A stretch of 64,000 bases of DNA from an uncultured virus (IMG/VR IMGVR_UViG_3300020048_000016) (IMGVR_UViG_3300020048_000016), one strand, 5' to 3'. Positions 40,619 through 49,506 are shown, counted from the first letter of the stretch. The notes: generated from the sequence alone by a model not told the origin. Translations and numbers: made by a program.

Positions 40619-41416
40619 ATGGTAGTATTTTTAATGATTGTCTTCTACGTTCTAGTTGCCAATTCAGTGGGTAAGTTGGGTGAGAATAAGAAAATTGGTT
40701 TCAAGAGAGCATTTTGGACAAGTTTAGTTTTAACACCATTAGTAGGTATTTTACTAACAAATCGATCAAGAAATCTAAGTGTATCTGAACTACAGATCAA
40801 TTCTATCAGAGAAGCAAACTTTGAATCAACCAATAGATTAAATACAAATATGACAGAGATAGTAAGGATTTTACTAGCAATAAATCTGTTAATGTTTGTC
40901 GCTGAATTAGTTTTATTAACTTATGGAGGTGAACCTTATTTACAATCTATAGTTCTACACTCAAACATATCTCAAACATATCAATTTGTAACCTATCAAT
41001 TCTTACACGCAGGTTTACCTCACTTATTCAATAATATGTTTGGTTTAGTTATGTTCGGTCCAATTGTAGAAAGATATTATGGTAAGTTAAAATTTATTCT
41101 ATCTTATATCGCATTTGGTGTACTAGGTGCATTAACTCAGATATATTTTAATCAAGGTGGTAGTATAATTGGTGCATCCGCATCAGTATTTGGTTTAATA
41201 ACATTATTTGCTATTATAGATAGGTCTGTTATAAAAATAGGTAGAGTTAATCTAAGAGTTCGTTTATTTGCATTTTTTATAATCTTATCAGAAATTATTG
41301 AAACTTTAAAGTTTCAAAATGATAAAATAGGACATTTTGCACACATAGGTGGTGCAGTATTTGCAATATTATTTTTTATTATTCATCATTATGCAACAAA
41401 AACTGAACGACGTTAA
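40619..41416 (+). CDS. rhomboid family intramembrane serine protease
   Basis: FLHAG..HLFNNM, GASAS (catalytic Ser), HFAHIGG (catalytic His); multiple TM segments. Confidence 0.9.
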   Translation: MVVFLMIVFYVLVANSVGKLGENKKIGFKRAFWTSLVLTPLVGILLTNRSRNLSVSELQINSIREANFESTNRLNTNMTEIVRILLAINLLMFVAELVLLTYGGEPYLQSIVLHSNISQTYQFVTYQFLHAGLPHLFNNMFGLVMFGPIVERYYGKLKFILSYIAFGVLGALTQIYFNQGGSIIGASASVFGLITLFAIIDRSVIKIGRVNLRVRLFAFFIILSEIIETLKFQNDKIGHFAHIGGAVFAILFFIIHHYATKTERR

Positions 41417-42044
41417 AAGTTATCTTAGAGATATAAAACTATCATCTATATTCTCAGAAGAGAATGTAACAATCGTAAATGATCATGCTTGTTTCAAACC
41501 TAGATTATTCTATAAAAATAGAAAAAAATTTATTACTCAATTAAAAGGATTAGATGGTATTTTAGTTGGATCAGCAGCATTATCTATGTATAGAGTTAAT
41601 GGAGTAGATGTATTCACTAGAACTTATTCAGACTTAGACTTTGTTGTTAGTAGAGACAATTTTATTAAGTTTTGTGGTATGAATAACTTCAAAAATGTTA
41701 AATATACCAATACGGTTGTTTCATTAAACTTTCACACTGGTAAAGATTTAGGAACTGATAGTTATGGACATCACAGAGGACATATGTTTCATACAGACTT
41801 TGATGTAATTGGTTGTGATGATCCTATCTCATATAATGTTGTTGGTGATCTAAAGGTTGAAAGTTTTTTATCAATCATAAATAATAAACTTAAACTTGCA
41901 GAAGATTATCTATATAAATATGATAATTCACCAAGTTTAGGTTGGAACGAAAAAGATAATTATAAATCACAAGCTAGAAAGCATATAGATGATTTATTTG
42001 AAGTAATAACAAAAATAGCAGCAAATGAAGGTATTAAGGCTTAG
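41391..42044 (+). CDS. nucleotidyltransferase-fold (Pol beta-like) protein with the tag near the N-terminus
   Basis: LVGSAAL...R.YSDLDFVV; LRDIKLSSIF near the N-terminus. Confidence 0.65.
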   Translation: MQQKLNDVKSYLRDIKLSSIFSEENVTIVNDHACFKPRLFYKNRKKFITQLKGLDGILVGSAALSMYRVNGVDVFTRTYSDLDFVVSRDNFIKFCGMNNFKNVKYTNTVVSLNFHTGKDLGTDSYGHHRGHMFHTDFDVIGCDDPISYNVVGDLKVESFLSIINNKLKLAEDYLYKYDNSPSLGWNEKDNYKSQARKHIDDLFEVITKIAANEGIKA

Positions 42045-42417
42045 TGAAAAAAAAATACACATTAAGTGTAATATGAAAATACTTATAACACACGATAAAA
42101 ATGAGTGTATAGTTATAGATGATATCGATACCAGGTTTGTATATAGAAAAGGACCTTACTATGATTTTAATTTAAAACAACCAGGTATCTGTTATTCTAT
42201 AATTATAAAGGATGGATTTCTATCAAGTTTGTGTAACAAATATCAAATTAAGAAAAAATTTGTAAGTTTTATGCAAACAGATACGAGCAATAAAATGAGT
42301 ATAAATATATCAGAGGAAGATCATGTATTAGTAGAAACATATTCAATTTTATTTTCAGATAAAGACTGGTATGTTAGGTGGAATAGAGAGCAGCAATTAA
42401 AAAAATTATTAGAATAA
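42025..42417 (+). CDS. hypothetical protein with C-terminal tag
   Basis: Ends NREQQLKKLLE. Confidence 0.6.
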   Translation: MKVLRLSEKKIHIKCNMKILITHDKNECIVIDDIDTRFVYRKGPYYDFNLKQPGICYSIIIKDGFLSSLCNKYQIKKKFVSFMQTDTSNKMSINISEEDHVLVETYSILFSDKDWYVRWNREQQLKKLLE

Positions 42418-42535
42418 TAAACTTTTTATATATAAAAGCATAATTAAAGTATAGTCCGACCGGCCCATGGTAGATGGGGGTTTCGTTGATTCTTCAAAGT
42501 GGATTTATTTAATATTAAAATTAAATAAATAGAAT

Positions 42536-43492
42536 ATGAAGAAATTATTATTAGCAACGATATTTGTTTTGACGAGTATCTTTGCATTTACACAAACTTA
42601 TTTAGTAGACCAACATTTTAGTGCAGTAGCACCTACTGGGTGGAGTTCAACATCTAGTGTGTGGAGTTTTGTTAGAAATGAATCAGCGACGGGTAACTAT
42701 CGTAATGTTTATGATGCTACTAAATATTCTGCTAGATTTTCATCTGCTGCAAACGGTAATTCTATTTATATTTATATTCCAATTAACTTTAAAATGGATA
42801 GTTTATATAATATCACATTTTACACAAAACGTGCTTGTTCAGTTAGAGTTTATACAAATGAATTACCTAATCAAAATACTCTTTTAACAAAAGATTCAAC
42901 AACAAATTCTAGTTGTAATTCTAATTGGAATACGTGGTATCAGTGGTCATTTACCATACAATCAACTTATACGGGAGCTGGATATTTTCAAATTGGAATA
43001 AAGACCGTATATGGTGGTCCAACATCAGTATATTTAGATGATTTAACTATAACCGAATCATCTCCAGTTGGATTACCGATAGAGCTTTTATATTTCAAAG
43101 TAATGAGAGATAACCTATTGAATAAACTATTTTGGTCTACAGCATCAGAAAATAACAACGACTTCTTTACGATTGAAAAATCAATAAATGGTGGTGATTG
43201 GGAAATTATTGATAGACAAAATGGTGCAGGAAACTCTTCTATACAACTAAACTATTACTTTTTGGATCAAAGTGTGGAGAGTTTAATAAACTACTACAAA
43301 CTAAAACAAACAGATTATGATGGTAAGTTTAAATACTCTGATATAATCTCTATTGATAATAGAATGAACTCTAAGTCTAAAGAGATTGAGAAGATTACAA
43401 ACATACTTGGTCAGGAAGTCGACCTAACATATTATAGAGGTCTCGTCATACTATACTACACGGATGGAACTTCTGGAAAAATTATAAAATAA
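42536..43492 (+). CDS. Bacteroidota-type secreted protein (T9SS-cargo-like)
   Basis: Signal peptide; LPIELLYF..WSTASENNNDFFTIEKS..YYKLKQTDYDG Ig-like module; ITNILGQEV tail. Confidence 0.75.
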   Translation: MKKLLLATIFVLTSIFAFTQTYLVDQHFSAVAPTGWSSTSSVWSFVRNESATGNYRNVYDATKYSARFSSAANGNSIYIYIPINFKMDSLYNITFYTKRACSVRVYTNELPNQNTLLTKDSTTNSSCNSNWNTWYQWSFTIQSTYTGAGYFQIGIKTVYGGPTSVYLDDLTITESSPVGLPIELLYFKVMRDNLLNKLFWSTASENNNDFFTIEKSINGGDWEIIDRQNGAGNSSIQLNYYFLDQSVESLINYYKLKQTDYDGKFKYSDIISIDNRMNSKSKEIEKITNILGQEVDLTYYRGLVILYYTDGTSGKIIK

Positions 43493-43547
43493 TTAGGTTT
43501 ATTAATAATAGTTCCATATATTTGTAAAACAAACAAAACGAAATATT

Positions 43548-44003
43548 ATGGCAACTAAGACAGCAACAAAAAAGATCGCAGCTCCGAAACTTAACATTCA
43601 GCATAGCTACATCACTTTGAAATTACCTACTGGCAACTTTACAACTTCATTTGGTGGTGCAAAAGTATCTGGACAATTAGTTAAAATGAAAGGTGCTTTC
43701 GAAGCATTAGATAAATATGTTCAAACTGCAGGTAAAACTAAAAGTTTTGGTGAAGCAATGAATGACTTGTTAAACCCTAAATTGTTAGATAAATTAGTAC
43801 CAGGATGGGACAAACCAGTTGTAGCAGAAGTATTCGCACCGAAAGATCAAGTTTCTTTCAAAGATGGTTTATTCGCTAAGAAATATCCAGGAACTTACGA
43901 AGTTAGACAGATGAAAGGTAAATACACTTACATCTTACTTCCTAACAAAGCAGGTAACTTAGAGAGTATTGGTTTCGCCTCAACTGAATTAACTAAAAAA
44001 TAA
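43548..44003 (+). CDS. hypothetical protein
   Basis: Own TAnnTTTG promoter; C-rich codon bias typical of highly expressed genes here. Confidence 0.65.
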   Translation: MATKTATKKIAAPKLNIQHSYITLKLPTGNFTTSFGGAKVSGQLVKMKGAFEALDKYVQTAGKTKSFGEAMNDLLNPKLLDKLVPGWDKPVVAEVFAPKDQVSFKDGLFAKKYPGTYEVRQMKGKYTYILLPNKAGNLESIGFASTELTKK

Positions 44004-44007
44004 GATT

Positions 44008-44238
44008 ATGAGAACATTTTTAAATATTACTTTGTTCATCGGTTCATTCGTAGGAATTTTTGTTCTTGCAGGATATTGTGAAAGTAAAAAAGATCCTTAT
44101 GAAGAAGGTGCACACTGGGACTACTCTATTGATTGTGAGAATGGATTTGTTTACAAGTCATTAGGTCATAGAAGAGGAACTATACAAGTATTAAATTCTG
44201 ATGGAACACCATTAAGATGTGGTGAGAAGATCTACTAA
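44008..44238 (+). CDS. small membrane-anchored protein / lipoprotein
   Basis: N-terminal hydrophobic helix ending LAGYC. Confidence 0.55.
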   Translation: MRTFLNITLFIGSFVGIFVLAGYCESKKDPYEEGAHWDYSIDCENGFVYKSLGHRRGTIQVLNSDGTPLRCGEKIY

Positions 44239-44261
44239 AAATATTAACTACCCCTAAAAAG

Positions 44262-44300
44262 AAAACGTGTAAAGATAATTTAAAAATCTTTACACGTTTT
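44262..44300. terminator. bidirectional terminator
   Basis: AAAACGTGTAAAGAT...ATCTTTACACGTTTT. Confidence 0.8.
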
Positions 44301-44329
44301 TGCTATTGGTTAAAAAAATTCAATTTTCT

Positions 44330-45184
44330 TTACATAAGATCCACCATTTTTGTAATATCATCTATAAATTTATTTAGATCAGGATGAAAACCTACAAATC
44401 TTTTAATATTAGGTATATTTAATAATAAATCTTTGTATTTATCATCTATTTTATTTTTCTCATTTTCAAAATCAATTTCTTTTTCAGATAGAGATCTTGA
44501 TTTATTATCCAATTCTTTTTCTCTATTAGAAAGATCTAATAGATCTTTATCAATCTTATCTTGAAGTTCTTTATATTTAGAGTCTATTTCATTAGATGAT
44601 TTAAGTGCATCTCTATCTAAATTTCTTTCCTTCTCATTCAATTCTTGTGTTCTATCATTAATATCCAATGATTTTTCAATAAGTTCTTTTGATTTATTTC
44701 TAAGTTCATCTTCTCTATTTTCTAGTGATTGTAGATCATCTTTAAGTTCCTTTTCTCTCTTCTCAACTCTTTTCAATCTGATTTCAATCTCATCTTCTTG
44801 ACCTTTTATTCTTCTATCTCTGCTATTTAAATCAACTTCTTTTAACTCTAATTCTTTTATCTTAGCCTCATCAACTACTGGTAATGATTTACTTTGTGAT
44901 GTATTTGATAGAACTATTTCTTCAATGAAAGGAATAAGTTTCTTTGTAAGAACGGCAGGTGTAGGAAGTTTATTAGTTTTAATATAAGTCAAAAGTTCTG
45001 CTTTCCAGTCTACTATGTTGAATATTTCAGGATTAGCATCTACTATTTCTTTATCAATTGGAATTATATCACTCTTCAATTTATAGTTATATGATTCTAA
45101 TACTGTTCCTGCTTTTATTATAAAAATCTTTTTATCTGGTGATATGTATTGAAAGTCACTTAATAATTTATGTTTTATCTTCAT
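44330..45184 (-). CDS. coiled-coil protein
   Basis: Long heptad-rich E/K/L region. Confidence 0.65.
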   Translation of the reverse strand: MKIKHKLLSDFQYISPDKKIFIIKAGTVLESYNYKLKSDIIPIDKEIVDANPEIFNIVDWKAELLTYIKTNKLPTPAVLTKKLIPFIEEIVLSNTSQSKSLPVVDEAKIKELELKEVDLNSRDRRIKGQEDEIEIRLKRVEKREKELKDDLQSLENREDELRNKSKELIEKSLDINDRTQELNEKERNLDRDALKSSNEIDSKYKELQDKIDKDLLDLSNREKELDNKSRSLSEKEIDFENEKNKIDDKYKDLLLNIPNIKRFVGFHPDLNKFIDDITKMVDLM

Positions 45185-45263
45185 TATAAATATTTTCTTT
45201 TATATATTCTATAATAAATTGTATCTTTGTTGAAACATTTATTAATTTATTTATAAAAAGAAT

Positions 45264-45470
45264 ATGAGAAAAGGAGATAAACTAAAATGTTTAAAAGATA
45301 TTACTAATTTTTTAGGACAACCGCTTTTTATTAAAGGTGAAATATACGAAGTATTATTTGTCGATAATGAAGATTTAAAAGTTTTAGTTTGCTTGAATCA
45401 TATTTTATATGCTAATGAATATAATTACTTTCCACTTGATTGGATTAAAGATAATTTTAAGAAGCAATAA
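45264..45470 (+). CDS. small SH3-like hypothetical protein
   Basis: MRKGDKLKC...FIKGEIYEV. Confidence 0.55.
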   Translation: MRKGDKLKCLKDITNFLGQPLFIKGEIYEVLFVDNEDLKVLVCLNHILYANEYNYFPLDWIKDNFKKQ

Positions 45471-45488
45471 AAAATTATTATATGATAA

Positions 45489-45746
45489 TTGAAATTTTTA
45501 TGTATCAGAAACTATTTTGAGGATTCGTCAAGCAGGGCGAGATGGACAAAAGGAAAATACTACGAAGGACGAATGGCGAACGGATTCGACAAAGAAAATG
45601 GCATAACTTGCTATGTAGTATCCAATAACTATGGAATAAACGACGATATAGAATACTTCGTTAAGACTAAAGAATATAACAACTATTTCAAATCAATAGA
45701 AGATGTTCGAGATGAAAAATTAGAGGAACTATTAAATAATAAATAA
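45489..45746 (+). CDS. small protein with C-terminal tag
   Basis: Ends VRDEKLEELLNNK. Confidence 0.6.
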   Translation: MKFLCIRNYFEDSSSRARWTKGKYYEGRMANGFDKENGITCYVVSNNYGINDDIEYFVKTKEYNNYFKSIEDVRDEKLEELLNNK

Positions 45747-45957
45747 AAGTAAATGAATGCTAAAATTATATTATCACATTATCCATATTATCTGACTCCT
45801 GATAAATTCTACCAAATAGAACAAAGTCAAATAGAAGAAAACATTTATTTTATAACAACTGATGTAGGATCTACCACTTCGGTTGATATATCTCAACTCA
45901 GATTTTTAGATGAAATTAGAAGTGAAAAATTAGAGGAACTATTAAATAATAAATAAA
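45713..45957 (+). repeat. 35-bp exact direct repeat encoding the tag ends of two adjacent genes
   Basis: tgaaaaattagaggaactattaaataataaataaa at 45713 and 45923 (210 bp apart). Confidence 0.9.
45753..45956 (+). CDS. small protein with C-terminal tag
   Basis: Ends IRSEKLEELLNNK. Confidence 0.6.
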   Translation: MNAKIILSHYPYYLTPDKFYQIEQSQIEENIYFITTDVGSTTSVDISQLRFLDEIRSEKLEELLNNK

Positions 45958-45977
45958 TAAAAATAAAAACACAAATT

Positions 45978-46664
45978 ATGATAAATTAGATTACAACACC
46001 GAAAATCGATTGGAGAACTAAAAAAGTTTCTGATCATGATCTAGCAGTTAAACTATTTAACGCTACAATTGAATTATACAACTTCATCCACAAAAATAGC
46101 GACAAGATCGCATTCGCAGACATTAAATATCAGAAGACAGAAGGAACTGGTGAGTGGAGATTATCAAAATGGATAAAACCTATCTATGATATACAAGAAG
46201 TATCCACCCATTATACATCAGGCAGATTTGATATCAAACTAAATAATGCCGAATATTCTCGAATATCTTTAAAAACAAAAGAATATATTGCTTGTAATAG
46301 AGCTTATACTAGTCATTTAACCTTTACTAGTGATATCATAATAGAATGTAGTCCATACCATTATGGTGATAGAAGTATTTATGCTATGATAGACAACATA
46401 AGAATATTTATCAAAAGAATACCTAAGAAATCAAGAAATAAAATTGTTAAAATGCTTTATTGGTTCGAATGTACACCAATTGAAGAAAGAGGGTTTGTCG
46501 AATATGCTGCTCTTTTTAAAAGGATGAGAACTTACTTTGATATGGAGATATTAGAAAAATGGGTTAGTGGTAAAAACAAATTAAAATTTGATAAAATAGT
46601 AGAAACTTATGATCAAGTTGAAACTAGAAATAGAAAGTTAAACAAATTATTAAGACGAAAATGA
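45978..46664 (+). CDS. 228-codon ORF with a single in-frame TAG at codon 4 (amber read-through candidate or pseudogene); C-terminal tag
   Basis: ATG ATA AAT TAG ATT ACA..., then open in frame into the track ORF 46386-46664; ends TRNRKLNKLLRRK. Confidence 0.6.
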
Positions 46665-47416
46665 AAAATACTTATTTAAGTGATAGTGATATAATGGGTT
46701 GGAATGATAGAATTCCAAAACGAAGACCTTATTCAATTATAGCTAGATATTCATCTCAGAATACACAACCGACTATTGTATTTATCAATAATAATAATAA
46801 CAATAGTATTTATACAGGTAGTTCATTTGATACTTCTGGTGATGCCAATGAACCAAAAGAGAAATTCAAATTTGTTTTCTCTATTTCTTCAAATAGAAAA
46901 GATGAGTTCTGGGACATATTCTCAAAACTAAAAAAGAAAGGATTTATAAACTATGTAAAGAAAGGAAATGGTTCTCATAAAACATTAGACTATACTGATA
47001 AAATTATTGAATCAAAGTCCGAAATGGAACATAATGTTCTTAATAAAGAATACACTAGATATGAATTCTTATACGATGGATTGTTATCAGAGATAATGGC
47101 TCATGTTTCTTTATTAGAACAAAGTATTGAATTTTTCTCAGAAATATGGGGCTATGATGAAGATGGTAAAGAGTATAACTTAATTAAGTTTCCTATTGGT
47201 AGTATTGCATCACCATTTGATGATAAATCAAAAGATCTAGTTATTTTAGATTATGACTATGAGAAAAATGGTAAAGATTATCATATAAAATATATTGTGA
47301 GTGAGATGATGCATGATCCAAAATCTCTTATAATTAAATATGGTGATGTGATTACTATGACTGAGAGTTTAATTACATTCAGCAGAAATGGTAGAATAGA
47401 TGATTTATTAAATTAA
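46661..47416 (+). CDS. hypothetical protein with C-terminal tag
   Basis: Ends SRNGRIDDLLN. Confidence 0.65.
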   Translation: MKNTYLSDSDIMGWNDRIPKRRPYSIIARYSSQNTQPTIVFINNNNNNSIYTGSSFDTSGDANEPKEKFKFVFSISSNRKDEFWDIFSKLKKKGFINYVKKGNGSHKTLDYTDKIIESKSEMEHNVLNKEYTRYEFLYDGLLSEIMAHVSLLEQSIEFFSEIWGYDEDGKEYNLIKFPIGSIASPFDDKSKDLVILDYDYEKNGKDYHIKYIVSEMMHDPKSLIIKYGDVITMTESLITFSRNGRIDDLLN

Positions 47417-47457
47417 TTATTTGTTTTATTAAATAAAATAACTATATTTGCATATAG

Positions 47458-47533
47458 ATCCGAGTGCGTAATGAGGGGCGGTCCCAAATCCTATATGGTT
47501 GACTTAGGGTGAGTTCGATTCTCACCTCGGATC
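47458..47533 (+). tRNA. tRNA-like RNA, anticodon arm non-canonical or undetermined
   Basis: Acceptor ATCCGAG/CTCGGAT (extendable to 11 bp); T-arm GTGAG-TTCGATT-CTCAC; directly after the promoter at 47420-47450. Confidence 0.55.
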
Positions 47534-47540
47534 TATTTAA

Positions 47541-47620
47541 GCGGGTAGAGCATAATGCAACGTGGAAGTTGCACCACCCTCTAAAAGTGATAGCATCGGG
47601 TTCAAATCCTGCTACCCGCA
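47541..47620 (+). tRNA. atypical tRNA with CUA (amber suppressor) anticodon
   Basis: GCGGGTAG/CTACCCGC acceptor; TGCAAC/GTTGCA D-like stem; loop CT-CTA-AA (47579-47585) on a 3-bp CAC/GTG stem; GGTTCAAATCC T-loop; no encoded CCA. Confidence 0.6.
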
Positions 47621-47633
47621 CTAATAAATTTTT

Positions 47634-47783
47634 ATGATCACTTTTATACAAATTATTTCATTATTGCTATTAGTATCAATACTATTAATTAAAAAGACTA
47701 GTTACCAGGAATATGGTGTTGCCGGTATTCTTTTAGGATTAACAGCGATTTTAATATTTATGTTATACTTATTATTCAGATGA
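47634..47783 (+). CDS. small two-TM membrane protein (not in the ORF track)
   Basis: MITFIQIISLLLLVSILLIKK...GVAGILLGLTAILIFMLYLLFR*. Confidence 0.55.
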   Translation: MITFIQIISLLLLVSILLIKKTSYQEYGVAGILLGLTAILIFMLYLLFR

Positions 47784-48232
47784 AAAAGATAGATCCTAGA
47801 AAATTAAATTCTTTTTGTAGAGATGAAAGAGATTTTTTATATTGGGCTCACGAACAATATATAAGAAGTTTTCGTAGCAATGAAAGATTTAAAGAACAAA
47901 TTAACACTATTTTAGATATAATAAAAATAAAATATAATATGGGAGCAAGTGGACCTTGGAACGGACAATCAAAAGCCGAGTACCAAAAAAATTACAAACG
48001 TGTATCTGATATTGTTTCTAAATCAGATGGAGACGAAGACAAACAAATTAAGTTAGCAAAAATACAAACTGCTAAGATTACTGATGAGTGGAAAGCACTA
48101 AATAGGGCGATGTGTGCAAAAGAAATGGGTCACGAAAATATTTATGAAGTTTTCTTCCAGAGAGCTTATGAGTTAGGATCAGTTTCTAAACAAGACTACA
48201 GAGAATATAAACTTGAAAAATTGGGAATATGA
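47780..48232 (+). CDS. hypothetical protein with C-terminal tag (possibly a fusion of two ORFs; second ATG at 47939)
   Basis: Internal RFKEQINTIL; ends YREYKLEKLGI. Confidence 0.6.
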   Translation: MKKIDPRKLNSFCRDERDFLYWAHEQYIRSFRSNERFKEQINTILDIIKIKYNMGASGPWNGQSKAEYQKNYKRVSDIVSKSDGDEDKQIKLAKIQTAKITDEWKALNRAMCAKEMGHENIYEVFFQRAYELGSVSKQDYREYKLEKLGI

Positions 48233-48354
48233 AAGAAAAAATAACTAACACAACCATACTACAGGTTGCACTTATTTCTGGGATAGTAATATTAGCATCT
48301 ATGGGTCTTGAAGGATGGGGATGGCTCGTATTTGCATTGCTTCTAACTTTATGA
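48229..48354 (+). CDS. small membrane protein (41 aa, not in the ORF track)
   Basis: MKEKITNTTILQVALISGIVILASMGLEGWGWLVFALLLTL*; ATGA-coupled at both ends. Confidence 0.55.
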   Translation: MKEKITNTTILQVALISGIVILASMGLEGWGWLVFALLLTL

Positions 48355-48635
48355 ATGGAATAATCAAAACAAAGATGCTTTGTAAATCTACAATGAAGGA
48401 AGGTTCAAGGTATAATATAAGAGTAACGGTTGAAGTATTCACAGAAGGTAAAGAATATAATGTTGAGTTTAAACCTTTTAGAAAAGGATCATCTGGTTTT
48501 TCAGAGTATCAATATTATTGGGCGACCGGTGAAGATGGTGAAAAAAGAGAAATTCCACCATCACACTTTAATATAATTTTTTGTAATAAAGCAGAGAAAA
48601 GAAATAAACTAATAGAGGAAATATTAAAAAAGTAA
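48351..48635 (+). CDS. small protein with C-terminal tag
   Basis: FTEGKEYNV; ends KRNKLIEEILKK. Confidence 0.6.
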   Translation: MNGIIKTKMLCKSTMKEGSRYNIRVTVEVFTEGKEYNVEFKPFRKGSSGFSEYQYYWATGEDGEKREIPPSHFNIIFCNKAEKRNKLIEEILKK

Positions 48636-48646
48636 ATATAAATAGT

Positions 48647-49033
48647 ATGAGTGAAGAAGTAAAAAATGTAACAGTGTCAGATCTTTTCGTTAAGATTTAT
48701 GAAAATTTTAACGTAGTTGATCAGATTGAGAATATGAATAATCTTTCTGAAGAAGAATTATATCTATTGCTCGTTTATGTATTAGACAGACATAGTGATG
48801 ACGATCCTGTAGTTGTTCACAACCTACAACCATTCAAAGAAAAAGTTATGGAGATCTATGAGCTACAAGACGATAAAGAAACAACTAATCCGGTCTTGTT
48901 AGTATTGGTTGAAGAAACAGGTGACAAATATATTGAAACTGACTATGTAGTAAATAGACTAGGTGATAAACTTAAAGACCCGTTAACAAAAGAAGAAGTT
49001 CGTGAAGCAAAAATCGATATTATCGGTGAGTAA
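48647..49033 (+). CDS. hypothetical protein with C-terminal tag
   Basis: Ends VREAKIDIIGE. Confidence 0.6.
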   Translation: MSEEVKNVTVSDLFVKIYENFNVVDQIENMNNLSEEELYLLLVYVLDRHSDDDPVVVHNLQPFKEKVMEIYELQDDKETTNPVLLVLVEETGDKYIETDYVVNRLGDKLKDPLTKEEVREAKIDIIGE

Positions 49034-49047
49034 AATAAATTAAAAAT

Positions 49048-49506
49048 ATGTTTGGATATAAATTAGGATATAGATTGAAGAGATTAAAGGTAAAGTGGAG
49101 ACAGTGGAAGAAATCTTTGGACAAACGAATTAGTCCAGTAGATCAAACAACATCACCATATCAAGATAAAGCAATAAGACTTTGGAAATTAACATTGAAA
49201 GATACCGAAAGTAAATTAGGTGTAAGTACACAAGGTGTTAGACAAATCGAAAAAGATAATCTGTTGATTATTTTTCAATATACTGATAGTAATAGTAATT
49301 CTATTTTGACAATAATGGACAATAATGTTTATGAACTAAGCATACCACCAAAACAATCTATTACTATATGTGATTATTTCGATGATGAAATGGATCGCAG
49401 AATGGATAAATCAGTTAGTGCTAAAAGAGTTATTATAGAGACTGATCTAGACAAATTAGTAAATTCTCAAGATATTCAATTAAAAAAACAAAAAGGTGAT
49501 AAATAA
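49048..49506 (+). CDS. hypothetical protein
   Basis: 152 aa ORF. Confidence 0.55.
   Translation: MFGYKLGYRLKRLKVKWRQWKKSLDKRISPVDQTTSPYQDKAIRLWKLTLKDTESKLGVSTQGVRQIEKDNLLIIFQYTDSNSNSILTIMDNNVYELSIPPKQSITICDYFDDEMDRRMDKSVSAKRVIIETDLDKLVNSQDIQLKKQKGDK

Noticed and set aside
47541..47620. tRNA-Sec or tRNA-Pyl
   Set aside because: The long acceptor and D stems are Sec-like, but the anticodon is CUA and there is no long variable arm; no pyl or sel genes are in the window
47442..47651. Minus-strand 69-aa ORF (RVAGFEP...)
   Set aside because: It is the antisense shadow of the tRNA-like genes
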